DNA of 64,000 nt. Source: Tubiluchus corallicola (lineage: Eukaryota > Animalia > Priapulida). The notes beneath the pieces are model-generated. The model worked only from the letters and a program-made list of their open reading frames with translations, searched no databases and was not told where the DNA came from. A program made the translations under genes and the position numbers. Below are positions 13,827-24,869 of the stretch, piece after piece; positions within the stretch are counted from its first letter, which is position 1, and each line of letters opens with the position of its first letter. The DNA is taken from assembly GCA_030141605.1 (NCBI GenBank), contig JAQGDQ010000500.1, positions 63,307 to 127,306 of the forward strand. The letters are read 5' to 3'.

Positions 13827-15749
13827 TATTATTGTCTTTATTTTAGGCTTGCACTTCACGAAGTTCCTCTATAATCTCAAAGATTGTTTCAGTGTAGAAA
13901 CTTTCAGTCTCTTGACAATCGTCAGCTAGAATAGGGTATTGTAGTAAATGTAGAACAGACAGCTACCAGACAGCTACCAGGCAGCTACCAGAAAGCTACC
14001 AGACAGCTACCAGACAGCTACCAGGGAGCTACCAGACAGCTACCAGGCAGCTACCAGACAGCTACCAGACAGCTACCAGGCAGCTACCAGACAGCTACCA
14101 GGCAGCTACCAGGCAGCGACCAGACAGCTACCAGACAGCTACCAGACAGCTACCAGTCAGCTACCAGTCAGCTACCAGACAGCTACCAGTACGCAAACAC
14201 AACTTACAGTCAGCCTAGTAGCTCTCTGCTGTACTTTGACTACAATGTCCTATTCTAGCCTGGGAGATAGATGGCAGCACATGAACTTTGAACAAATATT
14301 CAGTTAAAGTTGGGTTTACCTACGAAAGCAATTAAAAAGTTCGTTTTCTAGTGGCAAACCTCTCGAAAAACGAAATTCCCACCCAGAACCGCTGACTCGG
14401 CAGCCATGTTAACAGAAAATGCATAAAATATTTGTCCCGTGTCGCTAGATTAACCAATTATCAAAATGACATCGCAGGAACCGGTTTGGGAAGAGGTCCT
14501 GCTGTACAGCTGCCAATATCTTCATTGCAGAAAACTAAAAAAGTCTTTTTCCCTGTAGGAAGAAGAAATAGACATCGATCTTGAAGATCCAGAGGTAGGA
14601 AAGGCCGCCACGAAAATACAGTCCGCATTTCGAGGCCACCAAGTCCGAAAACAAAATCAGGTAGCCTATTCACCTTGAAAGTACTCACTGAAGCAGTTTG
14701 TGCAACCGAGTCTGTTTAGCTAACTTCTTTCTAATTCATTAACTTCTTTCTAATACCCCTTTTCTCGTCCTTTCATATGCTGCATTACGATTGTAATATA
14801 TTTACTTTCGTAACAAATTTACTCAAATTGCGCCAGACCTTCCATTATTAATTTCTTTATATTTTTCCGTCATTTTTTTCTGCCAACAACAAAACTGTTG
14901 GCAATTCCTAAGGAGAATTTACCAATTACCTCAAGCTTTAGGTATTACTTAAAATATCTCTTACAATTTATATCATAATTGGATACGAAATTATTCCCAT
15001 TCAGTCAAATATGTTGTGTGTGGATTTAGCCAAGTCTAAAAATTAACTCTTCCTGTTTTAGCCACATCTGAAAATCAGCTCTTTTGTTGTTTTAGCCACA
15101 TCTAAAAATTAGCTCATTTTTGGTTCAACCAAGTCTAAAAATTAGCTCTTTTTAGTTTCAGCCACGTCTAAAAATTAGCTCTTTTTAGTTTCAGCTACGT
15201 CTAAAAATTAGCTCTTTTTTGGTTTAACCACGTCTAAAAATTAGCTCTTTTTTGGTTTAACCACATCTGAAAGTTACCTCTTTTTGGTTTAACCACATCT
15301 GAAAGTTACCTCTTTTTGGTTTAACCACATCTGAAAGTTACCTCTTTTTGGTTTAACCACGTCTAAAAATCAGCTGTTTTGTTGTTTTAGCCAAAGCTAA
15401 AATTAACTCTTCCTGTTTTAGCTACATCTGAAAGCCAGCACATGGTTGAAATTGTGTAAAATTAAAAGTCATTTTTAAGGAAATCTTCAACTGGTGATTT
15501 TAGGAGAACGAAGTAGTAAATGAAGAGCAAGCAAAACAGACAGCAGAGATTATAGAAGATTCCCTACAGTCACACAAACTCTCTCACTGCCGGAATAAAA
15601 ACTGTGTCAATATAAACGATCCTCATCACAGACATTCACCCGAGAAGGTACATCAGTCAGTCAGTCAGTCAATCAGTCAGTCAGTCAGTCAGTCAGTCAG
15701 TCAGTCAGTCAGTCAGTCAGTCAGTCAGTCAGTCAGTCAGTCTGTCAGT

Positions 15750-15780
<31 letters not shown>

Positions 15781-16456
15781 CCTGCCTGCCTGTCTGTCTC
15801 TGTGTCTCTGTCTGTTTGTCTGTCTATCTATCTGTCTGTCTGTCTGTCTCTGTGTGTCTGTCTGTTGGTCTGTCTGTCTGTCGTAAGTTAAGTCACAATA
15901 TAGTATTGCAGTACAAATAATATAACTGTATAGAATTGCAAAGTACATTATTGTATTATTACAGAATTGTTATAGTAGTATTACTGCGATTCGTTGTATA
16001 GTAGGCGCCGTTTAACCCTTATAGGCCCACGATTTCTTACAACCGATTGTTTGTTCCTGTTGTAATAAATTGTTGTAAGAAGCGAACGAATATTTTGTAA
16101 AAAAATCTTTCTTTTGTAATGATTTGAAAGCCAGTTTTTTAACCAAAAAATAAACTTGACTTGACTGGAGTCTGCTGTGTAATGAACTAAAACCTTTTAT
16201 AAATACACAAAATTATGTTATTTCAATAAGTTGTTTCAAATTTGGCGCCAAAAAACTAATAGTAAGAAAGTATATAAAAGTAAGCAACAGAAAGTAAACA
16301 TGTTAGTTTGTGACATCTGGTTACTTACAGACTGAACCGGACGAAGAAATTGATATCGACTTGACGGATCCGGAAGTCGAAAAGGCAGCGGAGAAAATAC
16401 AAGCTTCCTTCAGAGGCCATTTGCTTAGGAAAAACAAGAACGACGCGCCACCTTGA
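3200..16456 (+). CDS. Multi-exon poly-IQ calmodulin-binding protein (igloo/neuromodulin/neurogranin/PEP-19-like), 5'-partial
   Basis: Eight AG/GT-bounded phase-0 exons join in frame: 3200-3328, 6884-7012, 8911-9048, 9151-9447, 10472-10627, 14559-14660, 15504-15647, 16331-16456 (TGA). The repeated module DIDLxDPE/DVxxAAxKIQxxFRGHxxRK matches the acidic+IQ unit of neurogranin, PEP-19 and Drosophila igloo. No start codon found. Confidence 0.9.
3406..5677. repeat. 64-66-bp intronic minisatellite, about 35 units
   Basis: Unit agttatcagtagttaccatgcttaatcaggtttcagtgcttaagcggat[variable]atgttagtt. Confidence 0.96.
6884..7012 (+). CDS. IQ gene exon b (PEP-19/PCP4-type): [43 protein letters not shown]
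   Basis: cag acceptor (NAGNAG, alternative start 6887), gtactt donor, 129 nt; FRRFQEKK resembles PEP-19 FRKFQKKK. Confidence 0.85.
7124..7313. repeat. Compound pentanucleotide microsatellite (AACCT/ACATG/AACAT/AACGT)
   Basis: Seen directly. Confidence 0.93.
8288..8773. repeat. Compound tri-/hexanucleotide microsatellite (CAT, CGT, TTC, TTGTTA)
   Basis: Seen directly; explains the homopolymer ORFs. Confidence 0.95.
8911..9048 (+). CDS. IQ gene exon c: [46 protein letters not shown]
   Basis: ttacag acceptor, gtaaga donor, 138 nt. Confidence 0.92.
9151..9447 (+). CDS. IQ gene exon d (two IQ modules)
   Basis: ctacag acceptor, gtaata donor, 297 nt; two DIDLNDP(D/E)[16 protein letters not shown] units. 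Confidence 0.9.
9955..10364. repeat. 26-bp minisatellite, about 16 units
   Basis: Unit ggtacaggttaggtcaa(t/g)gtcaccct. Confidence 0.93.
10472..10627 (+). CDS. IQ gene exon e: [52 protein letters not shown]
   Basis: ttttag acceptor, gtaaca donor, 156 nt. Confidence 0.92.
11044..11570. mobile_element. Kolobok/T2-type MITE (TTAA-flanked, AGG termini), copy 1
   Basis: TTAA|aggaaaaccggatgattgtgtaaa ... tctaaacagtcgtccggtcttcct|TTAA imperfect TIRs; TTAAAGGRR ends are typical of Kolobok/T2 MITEs. Confidence 0.8.
11904..12176. repeat. Two diverged direct copies of an approximately 130-bp segment (period 142)
   Basis: agtatgg(c/t)gaatgaaacgagtgcgtgttgga...gttacttgaaactgttaattgtgttt at 11904 and 12046. 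Confidence 0.85.
12385..13310. repeat. 33-bp minisatellite, 28 units, each with the palindrome TGACGTCA (CRE)
   Basis: Unit ggatcatgacgtcacattgttggcttcgatgtt; first CRE at 12391, last at 13281. Confidence 0.96.
13465..13590 (+). mobile_element. tRNA-derived SINE fragment with a Meta-like core
   Basis: A box tagtctagtgg, B box gttcgaacc, then gactttaaaaatggtacctgct, which resembles the MetaSINE domain (recognition only). A related head lies at about 30350-30415. Confidence 0.6.
13697..13833. repeat. (TAT)n(CAT)n microsatellite
   Basis: Seen directly. Confidence 0.95.
13925..14259. mobile_element. MITE-like element with approximately 45-bp TIRs enclosing a short tandem array of cagctaccag(a/g)
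   Basis: gctagaatagggtattgtagtaaatgtagaacagacagctaccag matches the reverse complement of ctagtagctctctgctgtactttgactacaatgtcctattctagc. Confidence 0.7.
14559..14660 (+). CDS. IQ gene exon f: [34 protein letters not shown]
   Basis: ctgtag acceptor, gtagcc donor, 102 nt. Confidence 0.88.
15025..15435. repeat. Diverged 32-33-bp minisatellite, about 12 units
   Basis: Unit approximately aattagctctttttggtttaaccacgtctaaa. Confidence 0.85.
15504..15647 (+). CDS. IQ gene exon g (degenerate IQ plus Cys/His cluster)
   Basis: ttttag acceptor, gtacat donor, 144 nt, open in phase 0: [48 protein letters not shown]. Confidence 0.65.
15653..15882. repeat. (TCAG)n/(TCTG)n microsatellite
   Basis: Seen directly. 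Confidence 0.93.
16331..16456 (+). CDS. IQ gene last coding exon: [41 protein letters not shown]
   Basis: ttacag acceptor, TGA at 16454-16456; probable 3'-UTR donor after 16491 (cag|gtgtgt) and acceptor before 18340 (tttcag). Confidence 0.9.
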   Translation, partial: TEPDEEIDIDLTDPEVEKAAEKIQASFRGHLLRKNKNDAPP

Positions 16457-16647
16457 CACAAAAATCCGAACTACTGAATAGTGAGGCTCAGGTGTGTTTT
16501 TCCAAATATGCATCAATACGTCTTTATTTATAATATTAACTAGGCATAGATAGTTCAAGTTAGCAGTGTTAGACTTGAGTATAGTAAGTGGGTGGGTGAC
16601 CAGGAAAATCGTTTCGAGATGTTTCATTCTCAAACTATTTCCTTTAG

Positions 16648-17120
16648 TAGAATGTTGTTGGCATCCTTCTGTGTTGGAAGACAATGGAATGTGCGCCAAG
16701 AGAGTCCGATCCTTGAACGTCTCCAGGGCGCATGCCTGGGCAAGGTGTATGGAGATCCTGAGTTGCCCAGACCGCAGGAACCCCCTCTCTTCCTCCCTGG
16801 TGTAGTCCAAAGGAAAGCAGAGCGATACGTTTGGCACCAGGTTGGCTGCAGGAGCTGCCGGAGTCAGTGAGCATGCTGCACTGGTCCGCCTTCCGGGCTC
16901 CACTCCTGATTTGGAAGGTTTACTCCTCTACATATGGCTGTTGGGTCACTTGACCGCCTCCGCCCTCTAGTCGTTAGCTGCTTGTGCAGCTCCTTCGCCT
17001 AGTGACGAGATACAGTGTGGGCATCCCGTAAGCCTACAACACCTGGTATTCCTAGGCGGTCACCCATCCAAGTACTAACCAGGCTCTACGTTGCTTATCT
17101 TCGGTGATCAGGCGAGAACC
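16648..17120 (-). mobile_element. 5S rRNA-derived SINE (SINE3), copy 1, 5'-truncated head
   Basis: Reverse complement reads ggttctcgcctgatcaccgaag...cctggttagtacttggatgggtgaccgcctaggaataccaggtgttgtaggct followed by the body shared with the other copies. Confidence 0.88.
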
Positions 17121-17604
17121 TAAAGTGTAGGTTACTGTATCAATAAAACTAAAACACGTTTTTGGCGAGCCAGTAGTGAGGTGAGTCAGTGACATCTTAC
17201 TGGTGTAAACATTTTAAGATGAATGTCCTTACATAAGTAAACACGTCTAATGCTATGTAATATCACTTCGTTTGGAAAGTTTCTTGGGATATATTCTAAA
17301 ATTGCTGTTTCTTCTTCTCCTATGGCTATTTAAATGCAACGTTTATTCACCAGTGGGGAATGAGCTGTATTCTTCACACGAATCCCTGTTTGCACATAAA
17401 TCATGTTTGATATTTCCTAGTGATAAGGTTAATTTGAAGCCAACACTGATGCAAATGTATCATCGGTGAATACATTACCTCTTTTCGCGACAGAATATTT
17501 TCAGTATAACCCCAGGAGACCGGTATCAGGTCACATTGAAAACTGCCACAAAGCAGTTATTTCTTGAAATAAATGTGACTAATCACTTCACTAACCGATG
17601 AAAA

Positions 17605-17950
17605 CTACGGCCAAATCACGTTGAAGACGCCGGTTCTCGTCTGATCACCGAAGTTAAGCAACCTGGTTAGTACTTGGATGGGTGACCGCCTAGGAATACC
17701 AGGTGCTGTAGGCTTGCGGGATGCCCACACTGTATCTCGACACTAGGCGGAGGTGAGCTGCACAAGGCAGCCAACGACTAGAGGGCGGAGGAGGTCAGGC
17801 GAGGAGTAAACCTTCCAAATCAGGAGTGGAGCCCCGAAGGCGGACCAGTCCAGCATGTTCACTGACTCCGGCAGCTCCTGCAGCCAACCTGGTGCCAAAC
17901 GTATCGCTCCGCTTTCCTTTGGACTACACCAGGGAGGAAGAGAGGGGTTT
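17605..17950 (+). mobile_element. 5S rRNA-derived SINE (SINE3), copy 2, 3'-truncated
   Basis: Near-complete 5S head with a small deletion and no T-run terminator, then the shared body; ends at a (CAT)n tract. Confidence 0.88.
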
Positions 17951-18512
17951 CATTGGATTATCATGATCATCATCACCATCATCATCATCATCAACATCAT
18001 CATCATCGTCATTATCATCATCATCCAATGAATCACACGTCCAGTGACATGATTCTGCTCACCTCCCTATGCCAGGACTCTCCACACGCCGCAATGCCCC
18101 AAGGGGATTTATTTCTAAGGATCAATGCTGAAGTGTTTAAATCTTTCTGTGCAAAATCTAAATATGTTAACATTTGTTCCTGCAGCTTTTTAGCTGTTTC
18201 TATGGCTTGTTGTAAAATACTCGCGCAACAGAAACAACATTAATAGCAGAAATCTTTTATTCTTGTAAATTGATGCGATGATGAAAACGAAATTACCATG
18301 TTGCTGTATCGTTAAGTTACAATTTCAATTTTGTTTCAGGTGTAGTTCATAGATGGCGCTTTCGACGTTTATAAACACTTGATGACTTCGTTCATCTCAC
18401 ATGCTGACGTCATCACGCCATCATGTCATAATGAGAAGCAACTCATCTCTGCGGTGCAACTCTGACCGAAGATTCCTGCTATTTATAGTCTACTTTGTTC
18501 AATATCTTTTAA

Positions 18513-19059
18513 AGGAAGACCGGACGATTGTTTAGACTCGATCTAATTTCAACTTACTGAACAAAATATACATTTTCTTACTTATAAAAGTTACAATTGT
18601 TTCTTATATTTGAATAATTACCTTAGAAAGTTAATTAACGGCAACAGAACACAGCTATTGCTTACGTCACAAACTAACCACAGTTTGTGCAACGGCAGGC
18701 ATCTTCCCTTGCGCGTCCAGCACATTTGCATACTTGTTACAGTGCTGTTTAAACGCATGATGTCATGAAAATGGGCTTTACATCATATGACGTCAGAAAC
18801 TAACACTGTAGTTCATGATCATGCTTATTACGGTACCGTCTTCTATTTGTCGGCCACGTGAATGTGACAAAAAGGCGCCGTTGCCAATCTTAGTAGATTC
18901 ATGAGCCGCGTGTAGCTTTGAAAGTTTCAACAAAATTTGAGTGTCCGAGGTAATTATTATTTAATCTAAGCTTTGATTTAAAATAAGCTTTTGTAGTTTT
19001 CAATATTTTAGAACATTCTTTATACTGCACTCATGTTTACACAATCATCTGGTTTTCCT
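18513..19059. mobile_element. Kolobok/T2-type MITE, copy 2 (inverted relative to copy 1)
   Basis: TTAA|aggaagaccggacgattg ... caatcatctggttttcct|TTAA; reverse complement of 11044-11570. Homology continues beyond the TIR to 19447 (versus 10667). Confidence 0.8.
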
Positions 19060-19863
19060 TTAAAATGAAATCACGCATTTTAAAAAAACATCAAATAGAA
19101 CTGACTTTAAAGTTAATACTTTATAGATTTAGCCAGTAAGCAACATTTGTTAATAGTGTGGCAGGACTTACTGAATGGATAATCTAATGCACTTTATGCG
19201 TTAGAGAAGATGCTGAGGTTGATGCACCTCTATTGGTTCAGTGGCTCATCTTAGCAGAATATCCTGAACTATGACTTGGGGTCGGTTCACGCCACAAATA
19301 TCTCATTGAGTAAGCCCTGTCTTTGACTGTTGAATTCCAAATTACAGTGTGCAAAAAAGATGTGGTAAGCTAAAAACTGTCACATGTACTATAAATGCCT
19401 GCCAATAGGCCAGTAATAGTCACCATCATCATTGTCGCTGCTGCCATAACTTTTTTAATTGAAATTTATAATCGCTATTGCAGCAAAGATTGGACAAATC
19501 TGTCTGTAGAGTGTGATCATCTTTAATCTTTGCATAATTATATGAATTCGTGTCAAGCTTTCACCCATCACAGAATCTATGCAATACATGTAAAGTCTAA
19601 TTTCAACACCTTGTAAATATGTAAAGTAATTTATTACATTTTATTAATATCACAGGTTATGAGTTCGTAATTTGACGCTTAATATGAAACCTATTCTTGT
19701 TTATCGTATTATTATTTGACTGCATGTAACATAGAATTTATTATACGTTTCTAGTATCTAAATTTACATAATCCTGTTTTAATTTACTTTCATATCCTGC
19801 TCACACTGAATGAGGTTACTCACGTTGTTTGCAAACTGACGGTGTACAGTATGACCAAGCTGC

Positions 19864-20282
19864 CAGGGCCAGAACTAGACGTGGCAAGCGGGGGGGGGGG
19901 CGCAAAAATTTTCTGGGGGGGGGAGGTATCCGAAGTGGTTAAATACTGGTTAAGCCAATTTTAACCCCTTTTATACTGCATGCAGGCCTATAATTAGCAC
20001 GTGTGTAGGACGGCGTAGCGGACAGAGCAATAATGAGAAAATTAACTCTCAGTTAACCTAACGTTATTAATGTGCCTCTAACTAAATTGTTATTTACAGA
20101 AATTTATCACACACAAGTTTTAAGAAAATAATACACTGAAGCTACCAAACAGTTTTTTACCTAATTCTAATTCATATTGAAAATAATTACATGCGAACTG
20201 CAATTTTCACTGCAAAAAATTATTTGTCCGATTTTGCAGGGGGGGGGGCGCCCCTCCTCGCTCCCCCCTAGTTCCGCCCCTG
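19864..20282. mobile_element. hAT-like MITE inserted in one copy of an approximately 97-bp tandem duplication
   Basis: TIRs cagggccagaactag / ctagttccgcccctg; the uninterrupted site is at 20325-20421. Confidence 0.7.
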
Positions 20283-22000
20283 CTGAAGCTACTACAATGC
20301 TCTTGTCTGCTACGTAGCATATTCTGCTCACACTGAATGAGGTTACTCACGTTGTTTGCAAACTGACGGTGTACAGTATGACCAAGCTACTACAATGCTC
20401 TTGTCTGCTACGTAGCATATTACCAACGTACGCATTGTATGCCTTGCTGTTTTAACTGCCCATAAAGTAGATGAATAAAATTGGCAACGTGCCAACTGGC
20501 AAATGTATAACTATTAATCTTTAGAAATAGCTCTAGCGTGTGACAAATGTATGCCTATTATTCTTTTGAACGAATTCTATGTCTGCGTGTGCTCAAATAT
20601 ATGCCAAACAAGGCACTTGGAGAGTCTAAAATGAAACTGGGTAAACTGCCTCAATGTGAGCAGGCTAACTGAACATAAACTACTAAAAGGAAGAAAAGAA
20701 CTTCAGCTGTCATCTCAGAGTAACATGTTTTGCCTGAAGCAGACGTGATATAATTTTAATCATAAGCATATCTAAATTATTTATACCTTAAGGAATATAA
20801 ATTTTTAAATTTAATTTACAAATAATAAATTGTTAAAAGTATCAATTATTTACTCATTAGACGAACCCATCTGAAAAATGGACCTTAAACGTACAGTACA
20901 GTTAAAGTAGTTACAGTAACTGGGATTTGCGTGTGGCGACATCTAGTGACAAACAGAGGAGGCATTATGACTTAGCTTAAATCAATAAATGTAATTGATT
21001 AGAAGACGATTGATCTATTAGTGTAAAGACTGATTGTTTAAAGGAAGAAAAAGATGAAAACGACGATCAGCCAATCAGGGTTTGAGATGCAGATCATGTG
21101 ATCAGAACTCGCATGGCTCACCTCCAAGCCACAAGAAGTATAAGTATTTACAGCTGTCGAGTGACCTAGAACCTGTAGTAGACAAATGAAATTTTTCACC
21201 GTTTTGACCAGTATAAAGCTATTTTTACTGACCAGTGACTCTCATAATATATTAATCAAAGCGTTTTTTATTTAGGTGTTATGCTAATCATGCTGTACAT
21301 GCTGTATTTTTAACACACAATAGCATTAAAACTTACGTGTGAATTCATTTCAGTTATTTTTTCTATCGTTTTCTTAGTTATATCGTCTGTTGCTATAGAT
21401 AAATATAGATACAATAGTTATTATTCATTGTATGTATACTATGTACATAGTTTTTTGGAACGACGATCGAATGATGATTGAAAATTACTATGATTATTAA
21501 GCCTTAGACTTATAATACGAAATATACGAATTATGAAAGGTCTTTTACGACTTGTTCTTTGTTTGATGCATCTGTAGAAATTTGCAATGAACGTAGACGA
21601 TGTTCACCTCAATCACAAAATTGAACAAACAGTCATAAAGTTAGCAATATGATATTTTACAGTAGAAAATTTGCATCCTTTCTCAATGCTCTCTCTAGAT
21701 CAACTGAAACTTGCATGCCTGAGAGAATAAAGCTCTAATCACATGACCAGACATGCAAGTTCCTATTGGAAGGTACATCACATTCATGCACACAGTCCCA
21801 CAAAAATGATTAGTTAAATATTTCATAATTGCAACCCGAACACACGCTTTAAGTGGGATCTTTGGTTGAGACACCTGCGCGCAAAGGTTTCCCTGCCTGT
21901 TCAGTCTTATACCGCATATAAAAATAGTTCTCTTAAGCAAATAAGAGGTAAAATTTTAGAAATAAAGAAAGACATGCATGATTGGTTTAGGTGTCATTAT

Positions 22001-22369
22001 TGTTGTGTTTTGTTTCTCTCGGAAGGCTCGTAGAGAAAACCAGAAAACACTTCGTCAAATTAAATTAGTTTATTAAGCGAGAATTCTACAACACAAAAGA
22101 ATGAAGGAACGCGAAATGATTACAGTGAATGTGAAAATGTGGAAAACGTTTGAGTGTATCTGAAAATACAAGTATACAAGAGAATGTGTAAGTGGCGTCC
22201 GTGTGAATCTGCGTGTCTGTCTCAGCGGCCTGCTTCGCCTTATATAGGGTACCAGGGAAGATTCTAGACGTTTCTCTCTAGAACATTCTACAAGGTAAGA
22301 CGATTATTCTAATGGAACATTCTACAATGTTCTTTTTAATTCTAATAGATGCCAGCGATCTCCACAACA
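22001..22369 (-). mobile_element. Probable solo LTR
   Basis: Perfect TGTTGTG...CACAACA ends; TATA and AATAAA in the correct order on the minus strand; no clear TSD. Confidence 0.6.
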
Positions 22370-22719
22370 AGGATCAACGCAGTGTGTTTTGCGCTAGACA
22401 GCTACGCAAGGATACGTCTAATATCCACTTAATGTAGACGCAAAGTTGGTTTAATCACCCAGTTCCTTACTTAAATACACAATCTACTATTTTTCTTCCT
22501 ACCATTTCCACTAACACATCCTTCTACCCTTCCTGTGTGATCTAACCTTTCTCCCAGTTTTTTTTTGTTCACTCATCCATTCTTTTTTTATCTGGTTCAC
22601 ATGACAGTGGGCTTATACAAGCCTTTGCTTCTCTAGCCCACTGCAGTACAATCACACCAAGTGCAATTACATTGTCTCGCACCAAGGTAACATTTTTTTC
22701 CTTTATGCGCACATACTGT

Positions 22720-22737
22720 CTCCTCTCTCCCCCCTCT

Positions 22738-22780
<43 letters not shown>

Positions 22781-22885
22781 TCTCTCTCTCTCTCTGTCTC
22801 TCACTCCCTCTCTCTCCATCTCTGTCTCTCTCCCCCCACTCTCTCTCTCTCTCTCACTCACTCACTCTCTCTCTCTCTCACTCAC

Positions 22886-22941
<56 letters not shown>

Positions 22942-22986
22942 TCCCTCTCTCTTCTCTCTCTCTCTCTCTCTCTCTCTCCCTCTCTT
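22720..22986. repeat. (CT)n microsatellite
   Basis: Seen directly. Confidence 0.95.
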
Positions 22987-23527
22987 ACTGCACGCGTGCT
23001 GTTTGCCAGTATTGACAAGTATTACGGACTGGTCTTGAGAATAAAGCAGTTTCTCTTTCAATTGTTCTTTCCTTTAACAACTGTATAACTCCATATTTTC
23101 TCTTCGAAAATGCTTCTCCGGCATTCTGGCAGTTCAAAAATTTTCTGGACGCCAACCATGGTAGCGACCGACACCCCCCCCCCCCCACCCCGATGGGGCC
23201 TCACACGCCCCACTTCGCCGGGCCTCGCCTAGGCTGAAATAGGCCCCGATTGTTGACATTGGGCAGACAGGATTCTAAAATAAAAGAAATCTGCCCTCAA
23301 ACTGATAAACAGCAGTAATCCAGCAAAAAACTAGACTCCGCTTTGCCTATGGCTTGTCAGCACCACTTCCGTACAGCGAATTATCTGGACAGTCTTATTA
23401 CTACCAGGTCTTTCTCAATTCATTTCCAGGTGCTGCCACCTATACCCGAGTTGGTGAATTATTTCAATCCTAGTCACGACAATTAAATAAATTTCAAAGC
23501 AAAAATTGGTTTTTTGATGTTTATATA

Positions 23528-23816
<289 letters not shown>

Positions 23817-24215
23817 AAATCTTTATTTGCCATTTTAAAAACATTGACCATCATATTAAAAGACAGACAATCAGTGTTAGTTCATATAAAAACATACACT
23901 GTTCTGGGCAAATGCGTCTGGTGCATGCTAAACTATAAGTGCAACTAGAAATTCAAAAATAAAATATAAACTAGTTTAGTAAGGTTTAGGAAAGATGAAA
24001 TTATGATTTGGGTGAGTATCATCGTGTTCGTATGTCGGATATTTAAAACGAGTCATTAAATGTTTTTTTAAATTTAGACTTGAATATTGATAAAGAGCTA
24101 CTGTGTTTTAGTGATGTCGGTAATGAATTCCAAAGTTGTATTGCTTGCTTAGTAATGGAATTCTTTCCATATTGATTGTTCGTTCTAATGTTTCTTAGAT
24201 TTAGTGTTCTGTTAT
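23817..24215 (-). mobile_element. LINE 3' end (CR1/L2 group)
   Basis: YGKNSITKQAIQLWNSLPTSLKHSSSLSIFKSKFKK is the typical ORF2 C-terminus of CR1/L2-group elements. Confidence 0.75.
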
Positions 24216-24869
24216 TCATCCCGGGGTTTTCAAGAAGTGGAAGCTGGAAAGTTTCATCCTCTCTGTTCTCTCTTTCCCTCTCTTCTTCCCTGTCAAAATG
24301 CTCAATGTTGCTAAGGAACCAATGCATCAGCTTCGCCATTCATTTTTGATCCTGCATCAGTTTAAAATGCAGTCCGCTTTATGAACGCATAAATTAGATT
24401 CTAAAACGAAGCAATTAAGTTTCACATTTGTGATGTGATGCGTTTGATTACGCGAAAGAAGCTTTGCGTATTGAAAGTAAAGCAGTTTGTTAAACATAAT
24501 GGCACGCCGAAGACTCGAGTTTGACAGTTTTTTGCACGATTGAGATGTAATAAAAGCGTTTTTGAATTATAAATAGTTAAAATTTCTAATAGAGTTTCAG
24601 TCGTGAGAGTTTATTGCGCAACGAAATCATGACAATATGGCCATGAATTAAGTCAGTAAATCTGTATAGTTTATTACATGCATTCCAATGTATTACGTAA
24701 TTTGTTGGTAATATCTGTGCGTTTAATACTCGCCACACGCAAGTCGTCTAGCACACTGCAAACGGATATGAGCGTGCTGAGAAAAATTTATTCCAATAGT
24801 GTGCTGACCACACAATCACCGTGTTAGTAATAGCTGACAGCTCTAGAGCATTGCAGAAAAGTTCCAGCT

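Noticed and set aside
16325-16903. 192-aa minus-strand ORF and overlapping ORFs (also 35100-35420)
   Set aside because: Chance frames across the GC-rich SINE body and antisense to a real exon.
17605-17715. Functional 5S rRNA genes (also about 17020-17120 and 34863-34973)
   Set aside because: Truncated or deleted, no oligo-T terminator, and all continue into the same SINE body.
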